A stretch of DNA of 40,708 nucleotides from an uncultured Thermodesulfobacteriaceae bacterium (GCA_964585405.1 CAZPDU010000027.1:1-40708); one strand, 5' to 3'. Positions 8,994 through 16,664 are shown, numbered from the stretch's first letter. A program made the numbers and translations. The notes: a model not told the origin generated them from the letters alone.

Positions 8994-9528
8994 TTATTAT
9001 GTGCCTGATTCCATTTCCGGAATATGCTAAAAAACAGGTTGATTCTGGTGTTGACCTCCAAACTGGGTCAGATTCAAGATAATACTAAAGATTCTCCTGT
9101 GACTCAATCACTCCATCTATCAGTATCAAGAAAAAATATTCGACTTATGCCTAATTGATTACAGTTGATATAATGTTGTTTGAAAGGCGGTATCAGTTAA
9201 GCAGGAAAGTAAAACGCAAGTGATAAGTTCACGCAGTAATTTTGCGCTAAGGGTAACCTGGAACCTCAGTAGTAATTTTCACCCCACAATTTCTAAAGTA
9301 TTTTTTTACCATATCAGGTAAATTAAACAGGTTAAACTTTATCTGTCATAATTACTTTAACAGTATTCGTTGTTGACAATTCTTGGTTTTTGAATTGACA
9401 ATCAGTCTGGTGCACTATAAACATAACATACAGGTAAATCCCATGATGCATCGCTAAAATATTGCTGGCATAATTGACATCTATAGATGTTTTTATTCCA
9501 TAAAACCCTTAAAGAGGAGGAGAAGAAG

Positions 9529-10005
9529 ATGATGAAAAAATGGAGCATTGTAGTTGTGTCTTGTATCATCATGATCAGCATGGTCAGTGTTGCGTCCGCC
9601 AACACCGTTCGAGAGGATTGTGGATGCGGTTTAGGCGCTATTGCTATCGGTGAAAAGGAAGGCGTCTTATGGAAACTGCTTGGCACATTTCTGAATGGGC
9701 TCTCCGGCAACCAGACCTTCGGCATGAGCAGCGGTACGTCAGATTGCGGAAAAGATCAATGGATTGCCAAGTATGACAAAATGAATATTTTTGTTGCCGA
9801 TAACATGGATATTTTGGCCATCGATATTGCTCAAGGCCAAGGCGAATCTTTAGATGCCTTAGCTGAAATTGCGGAAATTCCGATTGGTGAAAGGCCATCT
9901 CTGTATGCTGCCTTGCAGAGCAATTTCGATTCAATCTATCCCACAGCCCAGGTTTCTCACACCGATGTTGTAAAGGAAATTGCTAAAATTATACAGCCCA
10001 GCTAA
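9529..10005 (+). CDS. secreted DUF3015-like protein
   Basis: I prefer the ATG at 9529 over the track start at 9487 because AGGAGG at 9516-9521 lies 7 nt upstream. It has a signal peptide (MMKKWSIVVVSCIIMISMVSVASA). The CGCGLGA...GLSGNQTFGMSSGTSDC pattern matches my memory of the DUF3015 family and needs an HMM check. Confidence 0.6.
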   Translation: MMKKWSIVVVSCIIMISMVSVASANTVREDCGCGLGAIAIGEKEGVLWKLLGTFLNGLSGNQTFGMSSGTSDCGKDQWIAKYDKMNIFVADNMDILAIDIAQGQGESLDALAEIAEIPIGERPSLYAALQSNFDSIYPTAQVSHTDVVKEIAKIIQPS

Positions 10006-10011
10006 ACCTTC

Positions 10012-11952
10012 TTGCCGGTCAATCATAAGGATACAAAAAAGAGATACACAGTTTTTGCCCTTCGTGTATCTCTTTTTTGTAAGCTGGTTCTTCTATCAGC
10101 GCATGTAGCCTGTCCGGTCGCTTTCGCCGACCGACAGGAGGTGGCAGATCTGATCTCTATTGCCCAAGACAAAGGGCTCTTCAGAGATCGTTACTGGCAT
10201 ATTCTGATGCATTATGAAAAGACGCTTTTCGGTGTTAATAGTAACATCGATGACCCCTCTTTTTTTCTAGCACCTGACGGAAAAACAAATCCCCAATCCG
10301 AACTGGAAGCCACCATTTCCGTCCTGTTCCAAGAAGATGATAAAGCGGCAGAGCCCTATGTATGCAGGTTTTACGGCCGTTTTATGTGGCTTAAGCAAGC
10401 CCTGATGGTTAACTCCGAAAGGTATGCAAACCGAATGTGCGCAGAGATAGACAACATTTTGCCTGTATCCGCAACTCTCGTTTTCCCTACCTATTATATG
10501 AACAACCCGGCATCAATGTTTGGCCATACCCTGCTGACCATCAGTACTGAATATAAAAACAGACGGCTGGCATACGCGGTAAACTATGCGGCACAGGCCG
10601 ACAACACCGTGGACGGCCTTTCCTTTGCCGTAAACGGCTTATTCGGTCTGTACAAGGGTTACTATTCTGTGGAGCCGTATTATAAGAAGATTCAGGAGTA
10701 TGGAGATATTCACCACCGTGATATCTGGGAGTATACCCTTAACCTCACCCCTGAGGAATTGAAGTGGCTAATCCATCATGTCAAGGAGCTAAACGGAGTC
10801 TACACGGACTATTTTTTCTTTGACGAAAACTGCTCTTTCAATCTTCTTTTCCTTATTGAAGCGGCCAGACCCTCGGTAGACCTCGTTTCCCAATTTAAGG
10901 GTCCTTTTGTATTTCCATTGGATACCATAAAAGCAATTAAAAGCGCCGGCCTGATTATGGATGAAACATTTCGACCTTCAAAAGTAACACGCATCCGGCA
11001 TCTAATTGAGTCGCTAGATGATCCGGCCATAGACAGCGCCACAGAAATCATCAGGGGCCGGATTTCACCAATGGATATTAGTGTTACTTCCGGCTCTCAT
11101 CCACCGGATCAGAAGGCGAAGGTCCTTGATTTAGCTGCCGAACAGCTTCAATATCTCTACGTTAAAAAGATGATTGACAAAAAGACTTACCAGGAGCGTT
11201 TCCTGGAAACGTTGAGGGCTCGAAGCAGGCTGGGGATTATGAGTGCCGAAAATGCCAAAAACATTCCTATTCCACCACGGCCAGAAAGAGGTCATGATTC
11301 CAAGCGGATCAGTCTGGCTGGGGGATCGCACGATGGCAACGCGTTTTGTGAATTACGTTTTCGCCCAGCTTTTACTGATCTTCTTGACATGGATTATATT
11401 CATCAGCAGGGAGCCCAGATCGAATTTGGCGACGCCAGGCTACGCTATTTTTTTTCAAACCATCGATTTCAATTACAGCAACTCGATATAATCGATATTA
11501 TTTCCATATCGGCAAGGGACGCATTTTTTAAGCCGCTGTCATGGAAGGTGGATACCGGCTTTCACAGGAAACCCATAGACAACAAGGAAGGGGCGCTTTT
11601 TTACCGGCTCAACACGGGTACTGGCTTGGCTATCGACTATCCGTTTTTGGGCTTGTCCTATGCCATGGTCACAGGCGAAGCGGATTTCAGCGGGGCACTG
11701 AAAGAAAATTTTGCTCTGGGACCGGGCTTTATATGCGGTATGGTTAAAAAGGTAGCTCCTTTTCTAAAGAGTCACTTGTATGGGGAGATAAAATGGTTTA
11801 TGGCCGGCGATTCCCATACAGAGAGCGCGATAGCCTTTTCTAATAACTTGAAAGTGTCGAAAAACAACCATTTTTCTTTGGAATTGAAATGGGAACACGT
11901 TAATCATTGGGACAGCATGGAAGCCTCAGGCGTGTGGCACTTCTTTTTTTAA
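10012..11952 (+). CDS. DUF4105-like (Lnb N-terminal periplasmic domain) envelope protein with a probable beta-rich C-terminal half
   Basis: 646 codons from TTG 10012. A signal-peptide-like N-terminus ends in AFA-D. RYWHILMHYEKTLFG...IDDPSFFLAPDGKTNPQSELEAT is characteristic of DUF4105 proteins as I remember them. The start is uncertain because the hairpin at 10035-10079 lies inside the first 23 codons. Confidence 0.6.
   Translation: MPVNHKDTKKRYTVFALRVSLFCKLVLLSAHVACPVAFADRQEVADLISIAQDKGLFRDRYWHILMHYEKTLFGVNSNIDDPSFFLAPDGKTNPQSELEATISVLFQEDDKAAEPYVCRFYGRFMWLKQALMVNSERYANRMCAEIDNILPVSATLVFPTYYMNNPASMFGHTLLTISTEYKNRRLAYAVNYAAQADNTVDGLSFAVNGLFGLYKGYYSVEPYYKKIQEYGDIHHRDIWEYTLNLTPEELKWLIHHVKELNGVYTDYFFFDENCSFNLLFLIEAARPSVDLVSQFKGPFVFPLDTIKAIKSAGLIMDETFRPSKVTRIRHLIESLDDPAIDSATEIIRGRISPMDISVTSGSHPPDQKAKVLDLAAEQLQYLYVKKMIDKKTYQERFLETLRARSRLGIMSAENAKNIPIPPRPERGHDSKRISLAGGSHDGNAFCELRFRPAFTDLLDMDYIHQQGAQIEFGDARLRYFFSNHRFQLQQLDIIDIISISARDAFFKPLSWKVDTGFHRKPIDNKEGALFYRLNTGTGLAIDYPFLGLSYAMVTGEADFSGALKENFALGPGFICGMVKKVAPFLKSHLYGEIKWFMAGDSHTESAIAFSNNLKVSKNNHFSLELKWEHVNHWDSMEASGVWHFFF
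10035..10079 (+). terminator. perfect 15-bp hairpin with a T-run (terminator/attenuator-like) just after the DUF3015-like gene
   Basis: AAAAAAGAGATACAC (10035-10049) pairs perfectly with GTGTATCTCTTTTTT (10064-10078) around a 14-nt loop. The 3' arm ends in six Ts. Confidence 0.65.
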
Positions 11953-12030
11953 TTCAGCAAGTTCCACACATTTTTTATCTATCGAGGCTATAAAGCCGGT
12001 CAACAAATCAGCGTGTAATCAGAAGGCGTC

Positions 12031-12069
12031 GCAGCACTTTAACTTGCGGCTGTGAAAGTGTTTTTCTGC
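12031..12069 (+). terminator. candidate intrinsic terminator after the DUF4105-like gene
   Basis: CACTTT (12035-12040) pairs with AAAGTG (12055-12060) around a 14-nt loop, followed by TTTTT (12061-12065). Flanking GCAG/CTGC could extend the stem. Confidence 0.4.
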
Positions 12070-12121
12070 CAGATGCCATACTGATGAGCGTGATATTCGG
12101 TGTGGGAAATTAAATGAGTAA

Positions 12122-12991
12122 ATGGCATGGTTCACATTGAATTGCACGGATAATCTTGACCGTTGTTACATGTTAGGTTGGGTATTATTTTTTATTTTTC
12201 CTATCATTGTCGGTTGTTCCAATCTGATGTTTCTTCCGAATCAGATTCGATACAGTACGCCAGATGATTTCGGACTTGACTATGAAGACATTTTTCTCAG
12301 AATACCAGAAAATATAAGGCTTCATGCTTGGTTTCTTCCATCCAAAGTTGATGCCAAAGGGACGGTATTTTTCTTACACGGCAATGCTCAAAATATTAGC
12401 GCCCATATTTATAGTATATATTGGCTACCGGAGAATGGATATCATGTCTTTATGATAGATTATAGGGGATACGGGGCCTCAACCGGCACCCCCACAGTAC
12501 AGGGAGTTTTGGATGATATCAGTACAGGATTTGCTTGGCTTGTCCAGAATCAGCAAGTTCAAAAAGGCCCGATCTTTTTATTAGGCCAAAGTCTAGGAGC
12601 TAGTCTTGGCATCTATTTCGTGGGCACTCACTCTAATGAAAAAAAGCAACTGGCAGGTGTAATTTCGGATGCTGCTTTTTCAAGTTTTCGCTCAATCGCA
12701 CGTGAGAAACTTGATAGCTTCTGGCTGACTTGGCCTTTCCAATATCCACTATCATTGTTAATGCCTGACGATTTTGATCCACAGGACGTGATTCAAAACA
12801 TCTCTCCAGTTCCTGTGCTGATCATGCACAGCAAGGATGACCAGATCGTCCCATCAACTCACGGCCAAATCTTGTATGAATTGGCCGGAAAGCCTAAGTT
12901 TTTTGTTCAGACTAGAAACGGGCATATTGCAACATTCAAGTACAGTGAGTACCGGGAGGCAGCATTAAAATTCATGGCGGCTTTCGATTAA
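12122..12991 (+). CDS. alpha/beta hydrolase (serine aminopeptidase S33-like), membrane-anchored or lipoprotein
   Basis: 289 aa. It has the HG oxyanion motif FFLHGNAQN, the nucleophile elbow GQSLGAS, an acidic HSKDDQIVP segment and a late GH. The N-terminal hydrophobic segment ends in IIVGC, which is lipobox-like. The start could instead be the ATG at 12170. Confidence 0.8.
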   Translation: MAWFTLNCTDNLDRCYMLGWVLFFIFPIIVGCSNLMFLPNQIRYSTPDDFGLDYEDIFLRIPENIRLHAWFLPSKVDAKGTVFFLHGNAQNISAHIYSIYWLPENGYHVFMIDYRGYGASTGTPTVQGVLDDISTGFAWLVQNQQVQKGPIFLLGQSLGASLGIYFVGTHSNEKKQLAGVISDAAFSSFRSIAREKLDSFWLTWPFQYPLSLLMPDDFDPQDVIQNISPVPVLIMHSKDDQIVPSTHGQILYELAGKPKFFVQTRNGHIATFKYSEYREAALKFMAAFD

Positions 12992-13587
12992 TAAAAGACT
13001 TTTTTAGAACAACAATCTGGATATTCTCTTAAATCTATTTATAAATCAAAAGTAATATAATGTGGTCCCTATGACCCTGGTTTTCGAGGGACTCAGCTTA
13101 TTTCTCAAAGGACCACTCGAACACTCCTCATTCATGATGCTCGTCACCCTCAGTAATCATTTGATCAAAAAATGTGTTCGAATACCAGGTTCAGACATTA
13201 CAGAAACATAGAGAAGATCGATAAAATAAAATCTGAAATCCCCGCTTTTTAAGACCAGCTATGGTTGTCCTATATGCTATAAGGGGATTTATCCGGTCAC
13301 GTGTCAAAACATTGATTTTGACCTCTTTTAGACAATATATTGAAAATGCCTTGACCAGCATCCAACAGTCCTATACAAATTATTGTATAATGAATGGATC
13401 GCGTAGTAATTTTTTTATTGACGAATTTAGCATATTCTCAGTTGGAGCACTGATATGCTTAACTAATTAAGCAGGCAGGAATTGGCTTTACCAGTTTTTA
13501 CCTGTTTGCTTCGCTGAATTATCAGTGTGCTTATCGAAAAGGCAGTATTGCGGAATCTTATCTATTTTACTACTAGAGGGAAATACT

Positions 13588-13923
13588 ATGGACGGCTTGA
13601 ATTGGTCAGCGGAAAAGGAAAAGCGTGAGACGGCCGCCATTGAGGAACACGAGCGTCTCCATCGGCTTTTTGTAGAAGATCGCCTCTCCTTTGAACGGGA
13701 AAGAAAGAGCGCGATCAGGGAACTTATCGAAAGCGTCGAAGATGCGGGTATGCGGGAAAGGTTATGGGAATTCCAGCATTCCTGGGACAGGAAAATGAGG
13801 CATGCCGGATCCACAGCCAATCGTTTTGTTTTGGCGCAGACCTTCTTCTGGGAACATTTTCAAGAGGTCTGGCACCCTGCCATTAAGCAATTCAGTGCCA
13901 TGCTGAACGGAAAGCATGAGTAG
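13588..13923 (+). CDS. small hypothetical protein, possibly DUF3135-like
   Basis: I prefer the ATG at 13588 because AGAGGG lies 7 nt upstream; the track ORF starts at 13525. The 111-aa product is charged and helical. RERLWEFQHSWDRKMRH...FVLAQTFFWEHF loosely resembles DUF3135 proteins. The family call is tentative. Confidence 0.4.
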   Translation: MDGLNWSAEKEKRETAAIEEHERLHRLFVEDRLSFERERKSAIRELIESVEDAGMRERLWEFQHSWDRKMRHAGSTANRFVLAQTFFWEHFQEVWHPAIKQFSAMLNGKHE

Positions 13924-13983
13924 ATTTTTTTAGAACTATCCGCTTTCTAGACTGGGATTATTCAAGGTAAATTAATCTGGATT

Positions 13984-14199
13984 TTATTTTACTTCCGTTG
14001 GGCACAAGAAAAGTGGGCTGGCTTTCTCAGCCGCCCGGGCCAGCTCTAATCCGTTTTTTCCGGCGCGCGCCGCTTCAAAGAAGGCGTTAAGAGCAAGCAG
14101 ATTTGCCTGCATCCCGCGGTTTTTTCTCTCACGAGTATTCCTGATTATGTTCGTATTTTTTCTCTGTTTTTCCATGTTATTAATAAATTTTGCCTGCAT
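13984..14199 (-). other. 71-codon ORF containing a segment like the methyl-accepting-chemotaxis-protein hairpin tip; it could be coding, a gene relic, or part of a non-coding RNA
   Basis: The translation ...GMQANLLALNAFFEAARAGKNGLELARAAEKA matches the most conserved MCP signalling-tip motif (NLLALNAAIEAARAGE) at 14 of 16 positions. There is no convincing SD. An intrinsic terminator hairpin sits inside the ORF's 3' end. Confidence 0.3.
14005..14035 (-). terminator. intrinsic terminator (minus strand)
   Basis: The minus strand reads GGGCGGCU-gagaa-AGCCAGCCC, an 8-bp GC-rich stem with a one-nt bulge (plus-strand 14014-14035). It is followed by ACUUUUCUUG (plus-strand 14004-14013). Confidence 0.5.
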
Positions 14200-14255
14200 G
14201 TTTTATATTAGCCTGGATGGCATTATGTATCTAAAGCCTTTGAAACCCATAAAAC

Positions 14256-14271
14256 AGCAAAAAGGGTGCCA
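14256..14271 (-). promoter_or_regulatory. sigma54 (RpoN) -24/-12 promoter, exact consensus
   Basis: The minus strand reads TGGCAC-CCTTT-TTGCT, with the GG and GC dinucleotides separated by 10 nt. The predicted transcription start is near 14245, pointing toward the 13984-14199 ORF and its terminator. Confidence 0.7.
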
Positions 14272-14495
14272 AAAGGATTTTTGTATTTTTATAACGTAAT
14301 TTCAATTATATATATTAGTGAGATTGATTTTTAAGGGGCGGTGGGAGCTTGTGCGGTGCGCTGATAGTCACTTTTTTGACGCATAGATCGTGCCAGAACC
14401 GGTCTGCGAATGTATCATGATGTCTCTTTCGGCCTGCATCATTTTCATGATTATGACGCCGCATTGAGCAGAAGAATCGGAAAATTTCAGATTTA

Positions 14496-14525
14496 TTGAC
14501 CTGCTGATTCCAATCGTGCTATAAG
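14496..14525 (+). promoter_or_regulatory. sigma70-like promoter candidate upstream of the dodecin gene
   Basis: TTGACC (14496-14501), an 18-nt spacer, then TATAAG (14520-14525). This would give a leader of about 200 nt ahead of the ATG at 14733. Confidence 0.3.
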
Positions 14526-14732
14526 ATCAATATGTATTATTCCGCTATATTGTCAGCAGTTGAATGGCTAAATGCATTTCATTAATAGCTAGCCAATGCT
14601 GCCAGAAGCGATACACAGAAGTGGTCGAAAGCGGGGATTCTTTTCCGCAGGTTCGACGATCACTGAATAGCCAATTAACTAGAAGTGGGTACAGCCCTCC
14701 ATTTAAATCTTCACAGCTAGGGAGTATTAATC

Positions 14733-14933
14733 ATGTCAGTAGCTAAGGTTATCGAAGTCAGTGCAAGTTCTACAGAGAGCTTCGAAGATGCCGTTCGGCA
14801 GGGTATTAAACGGGCGGCGGAGACGGTTAAAAATATACAGAGCGCATGGATCAAGGAGCAGAAGGTCCTGGTGGAAAACGGCGAGGTCGTCGAATTTCGT
14901 GTCAATATGAAGATTACCTTCATCCTTCATTAG
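14733..14933 (+). CDS. dodecin family flavin-binding/storage protein
   Basis: 66 aa. MSVAKVIEVSASSTESFEDAVRQGIKRAAETVKNIQSAWIKEQKVLVENGEVVEFRVNMKITFIL fits the bacterial dodecin pattern (K.IE..G.S..S.EDA...A...A..T..N). The SD GGGAG lies 9 nt upstream. Confidence 0.85.
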   Translation: MSVAKVIEVSASSTESFEDAVRQGIKRAAETVKNIQSAWIKEQKVLVENGEVVEFRVNMKITFILH

Positions 14934-15362
14934 GCATAATGACCTAGAAGTTATGAGTGGACCAGCCTCATGGAAGACCTGTATGCCGGTTTGTCCTGGC
15001 TGCGGCTTTTTTCGGTCGAGTGATCTTTGACACTATGGTATCAGGGGATAACCTTGTATGCGCTTTTTTCTATAGTGCAAACGTCAAAACCAGCTTCTTA
15101 TAATCATGTAACAGGTTGTCAAGGTCCGAAGCGACATCCATTTACTCTGCCCCTATGGCTGCTTCTTCGTAGAGAAAGTATTTTTTCTTCCAGTAACTAT
15201 ACATTTCCTTAAATCTCGTTAGTCGTATCCCCTGCAATACTTTTGTTTGTCTCATGAGTGGCCTTCTTCACTCTCATGAAACCGCACAAAACGAGTGTTT
15301 CAAATCAGGACAATTCACGTGTTCACTGCAGATTTTTTGACAGTTCTTGACAGTCCGATCTT

Positions 15363-15379
15363 AATTGTGATACACAATT
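15363..15379. promoter_or_regulatory. 17-bp perfect palindrome (operator-like) overlapping a candidate promoter
   Basis: AATTGTG-ATA-CACAATT at 15363-15379. It lies immediately downstream of a tandem TTGACAGT TC TTGACAGT duplication (TTGACA at 15337-15342 and 15347-15352), about 135-175 nt upstream of the lipoprotein gene. Confidence 0.3.
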
Positions 15380-15512
15380 TTCATGTCATGGTAATTCGTA
15401 CTAAAGGAGTCTGAGGAGATCTTGTGTTCAGAGTCCATCGTTCACTGGTCAAACTACTCCCTAATTCCTTGAGAGCGATTTTATATAGGCCAGTGTTGGC
15501 AGGAGGCGAAAG

Positions 15513-15755
15513 ATGAAACGCATGTTAATGATTTTATTAGTCTTATTTTCACTGGCACTTGTAGGTTGTGAAAGTAGATGGGGTTCTGCAGGTCTGGGGG
15601 CCGCTGGAGGTGCAGCTGCAGGTGCAGGAGGTTATGAGTGGAAAATTAATCAGGAATTGAATCGCATAGATGAAGCACGTGATGAAGGAAAAATAAGTCA
15701 GGAAGAATATGAAATACGTAAGGATCAGATTCATAGGATGTCGATTTTAAAGTGA
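15513..15755 (+). CDS. small lipoprotein with a glycine-zipper segment and a SHOCT-like C-terminus
   Basis: 80 aa. The signal peptide has the lipobox LALVGC. It is followed by a Gly/Ala-rich stretch (GSAGLGAAGGAAAGAGG) and then EGKISQEEYEIRKDQI, which resembles the SHOCT motif. The SD GGAGG lies 7 nt upstream. Confidence 0.75.
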   Translation: MKRMLMILLVLFSLALVGCESRWGSAGLGAAGGAAAGAGGYEWKINQELNRIDEARDEGKISQEEYEIRKDQIHRMSILK

Positions 15756-16664
15756 TGATATGAGCTAAATTATGATCTATTGAATCATTTGGGTGGAAAA
15801 TGCATGTGAGCTTATCTCTTCTGGTTGCAACAACTATCTGGGGGAGAAATACTTCATAAGAAAGTGGTGAGGAAGGCATTTAATATGCTCATTATGCGGT
15901 AAATTTTTTATTGTAGCCACAGCATAAGGGCTCAAGACGTTTTCCAAGCGTTGCCTATTTATCATCCAACAGTTCTCTCGTTTTCCAGGTTACAGACCTT
16001 ATTACAGGCCGACGTTAAGGAGTCCATAAGCTCTCTGAGATAGCCTAATAATAGTCGATCAATGACGTTCATGCGATGACACTTGTGTAACTGCCTTCGA
16101 CCCCCAATGGGTCATGTTCACCATGGCGCCGACATGATATAAAAAAGAAACGCTTAGTTCACGGCGAGTTTGACAAAGCAAAGATCATGAGGAGGCGAGA
16201 AGGCCGAAGATGCCTCACTTAATCTCAATAATCAGTCGCTGATCCGGTAAATTTCAGCCGCTATTCTTTTTTCACCTTACGCATTTGGATCGTATAGTGT
16301 TAAATGAGTGACAATCAGTCTTGGAGTTGTTTTCCGATCCATGCCTGGAGTCTAAATGTTTTAAAGACTTATATCCCACGTGTCAGCCCAAAGTTTTAAA
16401 AAATACAAGAACCGAGAACAGAAAACATGAATCTATGAAATGGACGAAACGAGTGAAGAAGGTCATGGAACCAGCATCACCCTTTTGTGGGGCTCATGGC
16501 TAAAAAGGGGGAGAGAGAGCGCTGTGCCTGCTTATTGGGACCATGGATAATCACCTCTGAGCTTCTTGAAGATGTCGAAAGAAATCTCATGGGAAAAAAT
16601 GGAAAGAAATCAACTGATTCTACAGTCAACAGGGAAAAAACGGACAGGAAGGCCTTGATTTTTT

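Noticed and set aside
9145-9174. Sigma70 promoter using TATAAT at 9169-9174 in the GAF-ANTAR/DUF3015 spacer.
   Set aside because: The -10 is perfect, but the best -35 at proper spacing (TTATGC) is poor and the orientation and target are ambiguous. It is not supportable without transcription-start data.
13261-13470. 69-codon ORF in the 12992-13587 spacer, plus nearby inverted repeats (GTGGTCC 13062-13068 with GGACCAC 13111-13117; AAATCCCC 13237-13244 with GGGGATTT 13283-13290).
   Set aside because: The ORF has no SD and an implausible composition. The inverted repeats are real but short and widely spaced, and I could not tie them to a terminator, riboswitch or operator pattern.
14380-14395. 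Second sigma54-like element (minus strand TGGCAC-GATCT-ATGCG) as an independent promoter.
   Set aside because: The -24 half is perfect but the -12 half is only TGC. A match of this quality is plausible by chance in 81 kb of two-strand sequence. It is mentioned under the main finding rather than called as a feature.
14200-14732. FMN (RFN) riboswitch upstream of the dodecin gene.
   Set aside because: I looked for the conserved RFN core elements and found nothing convincing. Only generic stem-loops are present.
14985-15012. Possible terminator after the dodecin gene (GCCG...CGGC followed by TTTTTT).
   Set aside because: The stem is only 4 bp with a 14-nt loop, which is too weak to call even though the T-run is suggestive.
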